64,000 nt of DNA from Malacoraja senta (Eukaryota). This document shows, piece by piece, positions 28,247 to 39,359 of this stretch. The stretch is from assembly GCA_038087875.1 (NCBI GenBank), contig JAXLNO010000073.1, positions 434,001 through 498,000 on the forward strand, in the 5' to 3' direction. The position numbers were made by a program, and so were the translations under genes. Each line of letters begins with the position of its first letter. The stretch's first letter is position 1. The notes under the pieces are model-generated. The model saw only the letters and a list, made by a program, of their open reading frames with translations. It searched no databases and was not told the DNA's origin.

Positions 28247-29189
28247 ATAACAGAGACTGTGTTTGATGTGACGTGGATAATGTATGCTCACATTCGCTAG
28301 GTATAGGAGTAGAATTAGGCCATTCGGCCCATCGAGTCTACTCATCCATTCAATCGTGGCTGATCTCTGCCTCCTCAACTCATTTTCTTCCCTTCTCCTC
28401 ACAACACTTGCCACCCATTCTAATCAAGAATTTGTCTAGCACTGCCCGAAGAATATCCACTGACTTGGCCTCCACAGCCCTCTGTGGCAATGAGATCCAC
28501 AGATTAATAGACAATAGACAATAGGGGCAGGAGTAGACCATTCGGCCCTTCGAGCCAGCACCGCCATTCAATGTGCTCATGGCTGATCATCCCCAATCAG
28601 TACCCCGTTCCTGCCTTCTCCCCATATCCCCTGACTCCGCTATCTTTAAGAGCCCTATCTAGCTCTCTCTTTGAAGCATCCAGAGAACCGGCCTCCACCA
28701 CCCTCTGAGGCAGAGAATTCCACAGACTCACCACTCTCTGTGAGAAAAAGTGTTTCCTCATCTCCGTTCTAAATGGCTTACTCCTTATTCTTAAACTGTG
28801 TGTGGCCCCTGGTTCTGGACTCCCCCAACACCGGGAACATGTTTCCTGCCTCTAGCATGTACAAGCCCTTAACAAACTTATATGTTTCAACTTAACAATC
28901 TTATATGTTTCATCTACGAAGTTCCTCCTCACATCCTTTCTAAAAGAGTGTCCTTTAATTCTGAAGCAGTGACCTCTGGTCCTCGACTCTCCCACCAGTG
29001 GAAACATCCTCTCCACATCCTCTCTATCTATGCCTTTCATTATTCTGTAAGTTTAAATGAGGTTCCCCCTCAACCTTCTAAACTCCAGCGAGTCGAGGTC
29101 CAGTGGCGTCAAACGCTGATCATATGCTAATTCACGGGATGTGTATGTGTTGTGAAGTATGTGTTCATATTTTGTATTTTTGTATAACA

Positions 29190-29762
29190 AATACAAAATT
29201 TCTGGATGGGAATATTCAACACCATTCCTAAAACACTCAAAATTCAATTGGAGTCAGATTCAAAATAAATAATAATAGGAATGCCAGAGGGCTGCTCCAT
29301 GTTAACGACATTCCAAAGACGTTTCCTTGACTATGGCTTAATAACTGCGAAAAAAATAATACTTAACTTCTGGAAAAAGATAACAGTTCCCACAGTGAAG
29401 ATGTGGATCACAGAAATGACCGAGACACTACATTTAGAAAAAATATGGCTTGTTTTGGCTGATAAATCAGACCAATTTACCAAAACATGGTCTCCTTTCA
29501 TTGAATTGCTTCAACAATAGAATGGTTGAACACAAATTCAAAACCGATGCTTGGGTTGGGTGAGGGAAGGATAGTGGGACATATCTCTGTTTTTTCCTTT
29601 TTTTTTTCCTTTCGCTTCTTTGTCAGTTCAGGGTGTTTTTTCTTCTCCCTTTTTTGTATCTTTCTTCTTTCTCTTCATTCTTTCTTTTTTACTTTTTTTT
29701 TCCGATTCATTTATCAGTTTGTAAAACGTTAAAAAAGTAAAAAGATTTTTTTTTTTTTTTAA
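29190..29762 (+). mobile_element. L1 3'-end fragment (third family)
   Basis: FLDYGLITAKKIILNFWKK...MWITEMTETLHLEKI matches the ORF2 C-termini of the other two L1s; T-rich 3'UTR follows. Confidence 0.8.
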
Positions 29763-29793
29763 TCAAGTATGTGTTCAGCATGGGATCACTTAC

Positions 29794-30006
29794 CGACTGC
29801 CAGACTATCGCTGGTATCGCAAACTTGCTCAGCTGCTGCGTGATCTTCAAGACGTGCCCGCAGAACTCAAAACGCCTATCCTGATCTGGAAACAGCTCCT
29901 TGGATTGGGAGTCCGCGGGACCGCTCCCACTCTGGTCCGCTGGCCTTTCGCTCTCCGCGTGGCCGCCGGTCGGCTCCGATTGACCCGTCCGCGCTGTTCC
30001 AGACAT
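29794..30006 (-). CDS. EEF1AKMT3: EEF1AKMT3/METTL21B-like lysine methyltransferase, first coding exon (71 codons)
   Basis: ATG at 30006 opens MSGTARTG...ELFPDQDRRFEFCGHVLKITQQLSKFAIPAIVWQS, resembling the METTL21B N-terminal FCGHVLxITQ...VW motif. It ends at a phase-0 GTAAGT donor (GT at 29793-29792). Exact start codon is uncertain; a CAGCAG acceptor lies at 30068-30063. Confidence 0.85.
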
Positions 30007-30091
30007 GGAATATGTGGAGGCCTCCCGCACACGGGCGGAAAGCTCGATCTCGGCAGCACAGCCTGCTGTGGTCGGGGAAACAAGATTGTAA

Positions 30092-31202
30092 AGGGCCTGT
30101 CCCACCTGCCGATTTTTTTTGCCGACTGCCGGCATCATTGACTGACGTATCCAGTCACCAATTTGCGGCATGATTCAGCGTGACGTGGCGTGACATATGG
30201 CTAATGGAATGTTGGCCTTCATAACAAGAGGATTTCAGTATAGGAGTAAAGAGGTTCTTCTGCAGTTGTATAGGGCTCTGGTGAGACCACATCTGGAGTA
30301 TTGTGTACAGTTTTGGTCTCCTAATTTGAGGAACGACATCCTTGTGATTGAGGCAGTGCAGCGTAGGTTCATGAGATTGATCCCTGGGATGGCGGGACTG
30401 TCATATGAGGAAAGATTGAAAAGACTAGGCTTGTATTCACTGGAGTTTAGAAGAATGAGGGGGGATCTTATAGAAACATATAAAATTATAAAAGGACTGG
30501 ACAAGCTAGATGCAGGAAAAATGTTCCCAATGTTGGGCGAGTCCAGAACCAGGGGCCACACAGTCTTAGAATAAAGGGGAGGTCATTTAAGACTGAGGTT
30601 AAAAAAAAAACGTTTTCACCCAGAGAGTTGTGAATTTGTGGAATTCCCTGCCACAGAGGGCAGTGGAGGCCAAGTCATTGGATGGATTTATGAGAGAGTT
30701 AGATAGAGCTCTACGGGCTAGTGGAGTCAAGGGATATGGGGAGAAGGCAGGCACGGGTTATTGATAGGGGACGATCAGCCATGATCACAATGAATGGCGG
30801 TGCTGGCTCGAAGGGCCAAATGGCCTCATCCTGCACCTATTTTCTATGTTTCTATGTTTCTATATGACATATGATGCGTGGTGTTTTTTCAAGTGTCGCA
30901 AGTGCGTGTGTGTGTGAGTGTGTGTGAGTGTCTGTGTGTGTGTCTGTGTCTGAGTGTGTGTGTCTGTGTTTGAGTGTGTGTGCGTGTGTGTATGTGTGTG
31001 TGTGAATTTGTGTGTGTATGTGCGTGTGTGTGTGTATGTGTGTGTGTGAATTTGTGTGTGTATGTGCGTGTGTGTGTGCATGTGTGAGTGTGTGTGTACA
31101 TTTTTTTTGTCGCCGCTGGATTTTGAAATGTTCAAAATCTTTTGGCGACCCAGATATGACGCCGGCAGTCGCCGAAAAAAATCGCCAAGTGGGACAGGCC
31201 CT
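30092..31202. mobile_element. PIF/Harbinger-type MITE with nested CR1 and (TG)n
   Basis: TIR AGGGCCTGTCCCAC with TAA/TTA flanks; CR1 3' fragment at about 30200-30864 flanked by TGACATATG (30191-30199, 30865-30873). Confidence 0.8.
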
Positions 31203-31209
31203 TTAGTTA

Positions 31210-32140
31210 CCCAGCTCACTTTAGTACAGTGAAAAGCCTTTGTGACGTGCTAACTAGTCAGCAGGAAAGAGCCATACATGATTACGTTTCCTGCGGTCTT
31301 GGACGGAGTTCTTCCCAATCCCAGCTGTGATGGTTCCCCATAAAATGCTATCATCGGAGCATCTGCAGATGTTGGTGAGAGTTGTAGGGGACATGCTGAA
31401 CTTCCTAAGCCTCTTAATAAGTAGAGGTGTTGGTGAGCTTTCTTAATCGTTGCTTTAATATAGGTGTGTAGGATGGTTCAGTTGCCTGATAACAGCGGGG
31501 AAGAAACAGCCCCTGAATCTGGAGGTGTGCGTTCGTTTTCACACTTCTGTACCTCTTTCCCGATGGGAGAGGGGAGAAGAGGGAGTGGGCAGGGGTGCGA
31601 CTGGTCCTTGATTATGCTGCTGGCCTTGTCGAGGCAGCGTGAGGTGTAGATGGAGTCGATGGAAGGGAGGTTGGTTTGTGTGATGGTCTGGGCTGCGTCC
31701 ACAATTCTCTACAATTTCTTGCGGTCTTGGATGGAGCCGTCCCCAAACCGTACTGTGATGCATCCTGATAACATGCTTTGCGCGGCGCATCTGTAGAAGT
31801 TGGTGAGAGTTGTAGGGGACATGCCGAACTTCCTAAGCCTCTTTGCTAGTAGAGGCATTGGAGAGCTTTCTTGCTCGTTGCTTCAATATGGGTGGTCCAG
31901 GAGAAGTTGTTGGTGATATTGACTCCGACGGATTTGAACTTTTCAACCATCTCTACTTCAGCGCCGTCAATGTCAACTGGGGTTTGCGTTCTGAAGACGG
32001 TCACTATCTCCTTTGTCTTGCTGACGTTGAGAGAAAGGTTGTTGTCTCCACACCAGGACACCAGGTTCTCGATCTCCTTCCTGTACTCTCATCATTATTT
32101 GATATCCGTCCCACAATGGTGGTCTCGTCTGCCAGTTTGT
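31210..32140 (-). mobile_element. Rex1/Babar-like 3' fragments
   Basis: WCGDNNLSLNVSKTKEIV and AQTITQTNLPSIDSIYTSRCL translations. Confidence 0.75.
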
Positions 32141-33034
32141 ACATAGTAAATTAATGACAAAATGGAGTAATTTGTAAAGTTACTCCAGCACTGTTTGTCT
32201 ATCTTTGCTTCATAGAAACATAGATACATAGAAAATGGGAACAGGAGTAGGACATTCGGCCCTTCGAGCCAGCACTGCCATTCAATATGATCATGGCTGA
32301 TCATCCACAATCAGTACCCCGTTCCTGCCTTCTCCCCACATCCCCTAACTCCGCTATCTTTAAGAGCCCTATCTAGCTCTCTCTTGAAAGTATCCAGAGA
32401 ACCTGCCTCCACCGCCCTCTGAGGCAGAGAATTCCACAGACTCACAACTCTCTGGGTGGAAAAGTGTTTCCTCGTCTCCGTTCTAAATGGCTTACCCCTT
32501 ATGGCCCCTGTGGTCCCTGGTTCTGGACTCCCCCAACATCGGGCACATGTTTCCTGCCTCTAGCGTGTCCAAACCCTTAATAATCTTATATGTTTCAACA
32601 AGATCCCCTCTCATCCTTCTAAACTCCAGAGTGTACAAGCCCAGCTGCTCCATTCTCTCAGCATATGACAGTCCCGCCATCCCGGGAATTAACCTTGTAA
32701 ACCTACGCTGCACTCCCTCAATAGCAAGAATGTCCATCCTCAAAGTTGGGGACCAAAACGGCACAAAACTGCGCACTGTCGGGATCGGGGTTGTCAATAG
32801 GCCGGGGACGAGTGAGTGTGAGTATTTGAGCCACCGCCTTCAGGACCAACAGAGCCAAGGCAATGGACCGTAGGTGCGCCATGTTGGTGAGCGCCCGTAA
32901 CCAGGGGCCAGTGCTCCGGGGTGGCGTCCTCCAAGGGGCGGGATCTATGTGTACACGTGATTTGATGCCTGCCATCCACTCACAGACATGTGTCCTGGCC
33001 CTTATGCAGAACAATGTTGCCCACCCCTGTCTAG

Positions 33035-35010
33035 GGAGATAGAGGAACTGAAAGAAATTTGCATTAGGCAGACTGATGGGACTGAAGGCTGATAAATCCC
33101 CAGGGCCTGATGGTCTGCATCCCAGGGTACTAAAGGAGGTGGCTCTAGAAATCGTGGATACATTGGTGATAATTTTCCAATGTTCCATAGATTCAGGATC
33201 AGTTCCTGTGGATTGGAGGGTAGCTAATGTTATCCCACTTTTTAAGAAAGGCGGGAGAGAGAAAACAGGGAATTATAGACCAGTTAGCCTGACATCGGTG
33301 GTGGGGAAGATGCTGGAGTCAATTATAAGAGATAAAATGGCGGCACATTTGAATAGCAGTAACAGGTTTGGTCTGAGTCGGCATGGATTTACGAAGGGGA
33401 AATCATGCTTGACAAATCTGGAATTTTTTGAAGATGTGACAAGTAAAATGGATGAAGGAGAGCCAGTGGATGTAGTGTATGTGGACTTTCAGAAAACATT
33501 TGATAAGGTCCCACACTGGAGATTAGTGGGCGAAATTAGAGCACATGGTATTGGGGGTAGGGTATTGACATGGATAGAGAATTGGTTGGCAGACAGGAAA
33601 CAAAGAGGAGGAATAAACGGGTCGCTGTCAGAATGGCAGGCAGTGGCGAATGGAGTGCCGCAAGGCTCGGTGCTGGGGCCGCAACTATTTACACCATATA
33701 TTAATGATTTAGATGATAGGATTAAAAGTAACACTCGCAAATGTACAGATAACACAAAGCTGGGTGGTAGTGTAAACTGCGAAAAGGATGCTAGGAGGTT
33801 GCAGGGTGACTTGGACAGGTTGAGTGAGTGGGCAGGTGCGTGGCAGATGCAGTTTAATGTAGATAAATGTGAGGTTATCCACTTTGGCGGCAAGACCAAG
33901 GAGGCAGATTATTATCTCAATGGTGTCAGATTAGGAAAAAGAGAAGTGCAACAAGACCTGGGTGTCCTTGTACACCAGTCACTAAAAGTAAGCATGCAGG
34001 TACAGCAGGCAGTGAAGAAAGCTAATGGCATGTTGGCCTTCATTGCAAGAGGATTTGAGTTTAGGAGCAAGGAGGTCCTATACAGGTCCTTGTACAGAGC
34101 CCTGGTGAGACCACACCTGGAGTATTGTGTGCAGTTTTGGTCTCCTGATTTCAGGAAGGACATTCTTGCTTTTGAGGGAGTGCTGCGTAGGTTCAGAATC
34201 AGAAGCAGAATCAGAATCAGAATCACACTTTATTCACAAGTACGTTTTGAAACATACGAGGAATTTCATTGGCCAGGTCAGTCATACAATTAAAAGCAAC
34301 AGATCACTGAAAAACCCATTTTAACATGAACATCCACCACAGTGACTCCTCCACTTTCCTCACTGTGATGGAAGGCAAAATATAGTTCAAGTCCTTCCCT
34401 TAGTTCTTCCTCGGTCGTGGACCTCGAGCCCTCCGTTGACGGGATGACCTTAACTCCCGTAGCCGGCGGCATTCGGGCCCACCAGGTTAATTCCCAGGAT
34501 GGCGGGACTGACATATGATGAAAGAATGGGTCGACTGGGCTTGTATTCACTGGAATTTAGAAGGATGAGAGGTAATCTTATAGAAACATATAACATTCTT
34601 AAGGGATTGGACAGTCTAGATGCAGGAAAAATGTTCCCCATGTTGGGGGAGTTCAGAACCAGGGGTCACAGTTTAAGAATAAGGGGTCGGCCATTTAGGA
34701 CTGAGATGAGGAAACACCTTTTCACTCGGAGAGTTGTGAATCTGTGGAATTCTCTGCCACAGAAGACGGTGGAAGCCAATTCACTGGATGTTTTCAACAT
34801 TGAGTTAGATTTAGCTCTTACTGATTTAGCTCTAACAGAATCAAGAGAGTTGGATTTAGCTCTTTGGGCTAACGGAATCAATGGATATGGGGAGAGGGCA
34901 GGAACGGGGTACTGATTGTGGATGATCAGACATGATCATAGTGAATGGCAGTGCTGGCTTGGACCGAATGGCCTACTCCTGTTGCTATTTTGTATGGAGC
35001 TATATTTCTA
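33035..35010 (+). mobile_element. CR1-clade LINE interrupted by a roughly 290-bp insert with an (AGAATC)n end
   Basis: ORF 33076-34293 RT (YADD degraded to CTDN); CR1 sequence resumes at about 34481 and ends in the standard 3' tail. Confidence 0.9.
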
Positions 35011-35084
35011 TGAAGCAAAGATAGACGAACAGTGCTGGAGTAACTTTACAAATTACTCCAATTGGTCATTAATTTACAATGTCC

Positions 35085-35938
35085 AAACTGGCAGACGAGA
35101 CCACCATTGTGGGCCGGATATCAAATAATGATGAGACGGAGTACAGGAAGGAGATCGAGAACCTGGTGACCTGGTGTGGAGACAACAACCTTTCGCTCAA
35201 CGTCAGCAAGACAAAGGAGATAGTGACCGTTTTCAGGAAGTGAAGTTGTTCACAAACCCCAGTTGAGATTGACGGCGCTGAAGTAGAGATGGTCGAAAAG
35301 TCCAAATCCCTCGGAGTCAATATCACCAACAACTTCTCATGGACGAGCAACGAGCAAGAAAGCTCACCAATGCCTCTACTAACTAAGAGGCTTAGGAAGT
35401 TCGGCATGTCCCCTACAACTCTCACCAACTTCTACAGATGCACCGCACAAAGCATGTTATCAGGATGCATCACAGCACGGTTTGCGAACGGCTCCATCCA
35501 AGACCGCAAGGAATTGTAGACTCATTGTGGACGCAGCCCAGACCATCACACAAACCAACCTCCCTTCCATCGTCTCCATCTACACCTCACGCTGCCTCGA
35601 CAAGGCCAGCAGCATAATCAAGGACCAGTCTCACCCCGGCCACTCCCTCTTCTCCCCTCTCCCATCGGGCAAGAGGTACAGAAGTGTGAAAACGAACGCA
35701 CATCTCCAGATTCAGGGACAGTTTCTTCCCGGCTGTTATCAGGCAACTGAACCATCCTACCACAACCACAGAGCAGTCCTGAGCTACTATCTACCTCATT
35801 GTAGACCCCAGACTATGTTTGATCGGACTTTACTGGCTTTATCTAGCACTAAACTTTATTCACGCTATTCTCTTTGTCATGTATCTGCACAATGTGGATG
35901 ACTCGATTGTAATCGTGTAATGTCTTTCCACTGACTGT
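35085..35938 (+). mobile_element. Rex1/Babar-like 3' fragment
   Basis: LRKFGMSPTTLTNFYRC and AQTITQTNLPSI translations. Confidence 0.75.
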
Positions 35939-35944
35939 TCTCTC

Positions 35945-36558
35945 AGATGAGGCAGAGGTTCACTTGCACCTCCTCCAACCTCATCTACTGTATCCACTGT
36001 TCCAGGTGTGGACTCTTATACATCGGTGAGACCAAACGTAGACTGGGCGATCGTTTCATTGAACACCTCCGCTCAGTCCGCCTGGACCTACCTGATCTCC
36101 CGGTTGCCAAACACTTTAACTCCCCCTCCCATTCCCACACTGACCTTTCTGTCCTGGGCCTCCTCCACTGTCAGAGTGATGCCCAGCGCAAATTGGAGGA
36201 ACAGCACCTCATATTTCACTTGGGCAGCTTACACCCCAGTGGTATGAACATTGACTTCTCTAACTTCAAGTAACCCCGGCATTCCCTCTCTCTCCATGCC
36301 TCCCCCACCCAAGTCGCACCAGCTTCTCGTTCTCACCCAACAAACAGCTAACAATGGCCTGTTTCCTTCATCATCGTTACTGTTTTGCATATCTTTCGTT
36401 CATTGTTCTTTATCTCTCCACATCACCGTCTATATCTCTCGTTTCCCTGATCCCTAACCAGTCTGAAGAAGGGTCTCGACCCGAAACGTCACCCATTCCT
36501 TCTCTCCAGAGATGCTGCCCGTCCCGCTGAGTTACTCCAGCACTTTGTGTCTATCTTT
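35945..36558 (+). mobile_element. Penelope-like element 3' fragment: GIY-YIG endonuclease plus terminal repeat region
   Basis: ORF 35947-36273 FTCTSSNLIYCIHCSRCGLLYIGETKRRLGDRFIEH...EEQHLIF; followed by a hammerhead-like motif. Confidence 0.88.
36463..36490 (+). ncRNA. Minimal hammerhead-ribozyme-like motif of a Penelope element
   Basis: CTGAAGA-A-GGGTC-TC-GACCC-GAAAC-GTC: CUGAnGA box, stem II, GAAA box and palindromic ACGT mini stem III. Stem I is very weak. Confidence 0.55.
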
Positions 36559-36827
36559 GTCTAAAGTTGAAGTTGGATAACTCACTGCGCGCTGTAGATA
36601 AAGTGCTGGTCCGTCTAATCCACGATGCTTCCCAGCTCACATTGACAGCAGCCCGGCGTTGTGTCAGCGCTTTCCATCCCCACCCCAGTCCTTTAACCCC
36701 TTCCCCCGGGCAGTTTGCAACACTTGTGGCCACAGCTGACCCGGGACAAGGGGAGAGAGTGTGTCACAGTGTTTCAGCGTCCCAGCATTGGGACATTTTG
36801 TACCATTGTCCTGAGTCCGTCCGTACC

Positions 36828-37217
36828 TCCCCCTCTCCCTCCCTCCACCCCCACCTGCCCCACCCCCACACACCCCTCACCCCCACACACCCCCACACAC
36901 CCCACACCCCCCCCACCTGCCCAACCCCCGCACACCCCTCACCCCCCTCACCTACCCCACACACCTCACCCCGCTCACACCCCCATCACCCCCCCACCTG
37001 CCCAACCCCCACACACCCCTCATCCCCCTCACCTACCCCACCCCGCACACACCCCTCACCCCCACCACACCCCCACACACCCCTCACCCCCACACCCCCA
37101 CACACCCCTCACCCCCACACCCCCGACACACCCCTCACCCCCACACACCCCCACACACCCCTCACCCCCACACCCCCCACACACCCCTCACCCCCACACA
37201 CCCCACACACCCCACAC
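36828..37217. repeat. C/A-rich low-complexity repeat
   Basis: CACACCCCTCACCCC-type units. Confidence 0.85.
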
Positions 37218-38148
37218 TAAAGGGTCAATAGACAATTGACAATAGTTGCAGGAGAAGGCCATTCGGCCCTTCGAGCCAACACCGCCATTCAATGTGATCA
37301 TGGCTGATCATCCCCAATCAGCACCCCGTTCCTGCCTTCTCCCCATATGCCCTGACTCCGCTATTTTTAAGAGCCCTATCTAGCTCTCTCTTGAAAGCAT
37401 CCAGAGAATTGGCCTCCACCGCCCTCTGAGGCAGAGAATTCCACAGACTCACCACTCTCTGTGTGAAAAAGTGTTTCCTCGTCTCCGTTCTAAATGGCTT
37501 ATCCCCTATTCTTAAACTGTGGCCCCTGGTTCTGGACTCCCCCAACATCGGGAACATGTTTCCTGCCTCTAGCGTGTCCAAGCCCTTAACAATCTTATAT
37601 GTTTCAATGAGATGCCCTCTCATCCTTCTAAACTCCAGAGTGTACAAGCCCAGCTGCTCCATTCTCTCAGCATTTGACAGTTCCGGGTTCACCACAAAGA
37701 CGCCGACAAAATTGCAGAAAGTACTCCTCCCTTCTTCATGCCTTCAACCCCCTTAGTACTCGACAGCCACCCCCCCCCCCTCCCCCCACACACACACGCT
37801 GGGTCCCCCTTAATCTAGTCCAGTTTAGTTTAGTTTCGAGAGACCAGCGATCCCCCTGTACACTGGCACTATCCTACACACAACAGGGACCATTTATATT
37901 TCTACCGAAGCCCGTCAACCTGCAAACATGCACGTCTTTGGGATGTGGGAGGAAACCGGAGCACCCGGAGTAAACCCACGCAGGAGAACGTGCAGACTCC
38001 ATACTGGCAGTGCCCGTGGTCAGGATCGAACCCGGGTCTCCGGCGTTGTGAGGCAGCAACTCTACCGCGGCGCCACCATGCCACGCCACCCCTCCCTTCC
38101 CTTAGTTCTCGGCAGCTCCCCCCCAACGCTGGGTCCCCAACCCGTTGG

Positions 38149-39155
38149 TAGGGTTGCCAACATTCTCACTCCCAAATAAGGGACAAACGGTCAAAATAAG
38201 GGACAGATTCCTGGGTGAATGATGAGTTAGAAAAATAGAAACATAGAAGATAGGTGCAGGAGGAGGCCATTCGGCCCTTCACGCCAGCACCGCCATTCAT
38301 TGTGATCATGGCTGATCGTCCCCTATCAATTTCCCGTGCCTGCCTTCTCCACATATCCCTTGACTCCACTAGCCCCCTAGAGCTGTACCCCGTTCCTGCT
38401 TTCTCCCCATATCTCTTGATACCTTTTGCCCTAAGAGCTAAATCTAACTCTCTATTGAAAACATCCAGTGAATTGGCCTCCACTGCCCTCTGTGGCAGGG
38501 AATTCCACAAATTCACAACTCTCTGGGTGAAAACGTTTTTTCTCACCTCAGTCTTAAATGACCTCCCCTTTATTCTAAGACTGTGGCCCCTGGTTCTGGA
38601 CTCGCCCAACATTGGGAACATTTTTCCTGCATCTAGCTCGTCCAGTCCTTTTATAATTGTATATGTTTCTATAAGATTCCCCCTCATCCTTCTAAACTCC
38701 AGTGAATACAAGCCTAGTCTTTTCAATCTTTCCTCATATGACAGTCCCGCCATCCCAGGGATCAATCTCGTTGGCCCGGGTGCTGGACCGCACACAGAGC
38801 CCAGCCGGCGGGCCAGCTGAGGAGTTTTGGCCCGGGCCGCCATCAGGCACCCCATCCAACTCATGAACCGACGATCGGCCATGAGAAGGAGGGGTGGTGG
38901 TGGTGTTGGCGGTCAGAGAAGGTCCGAAGGTCGGACGGCTGGTTGGGCTGCTGACTGACCGACGGGGCCACGGGCGAGGCGCTGCTGCACATCAGGACGG
39001 GTGAGGCTGGGCCAGATGCGGCACTCCGACCCGACAGTCCCTTCGACCCGAGTAGTAGCAGTCAAATACGGGACAAGAGCAGTCCCGTACGGGACAAACC
39101 AATTTAGCCCAAAATACGGGATGTCCCGGCTGATACGGGACAGTTGGCAACCCTA
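38149..39155. mobile_element. hAT-type MITE with a nested CR1 3' fragment (about 38230-38770, minus)
   Basis: 13-bp TIR TAGGGTTGCCAAC...GTTGGCAACCCTA; degenerate 8-bp TSD CCCGTTGG / CCCTTCGG; subterminal GGGACA repeats. Confidence 0.82.
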
Positions 39156-39359
39156 CCCTTCGGGCCCCGCCACCTCGACTCAAACTCATCGACTGCCCAA
39201 ATCTGTTCTAAGCTTCGACCCTCGATGTTTATCTAAGATGTAGCTAAGTACTTAAATATACAGGTACTTGAACTAAACTGGATACACAAATGAATTTCAC
39301 TGCACATCGGTACATGTAACGATAGAGTGAGTACCATTGACCCGTTGATGTCCATGACA

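Noticed and set aside
30007..30171. N-terminal extension of the 154-aa ORF
   Set aside because: 30092-30171 is MITE sequence and a splice acceptor intervenes; only 30065-30007 could be exonic.
36567..37239. Pro/Thr/His-rich mucin-like ORFs (also 45676-46125)
   Set aside because: Low-complexity C-rich repeat translations with no splice or domain support.
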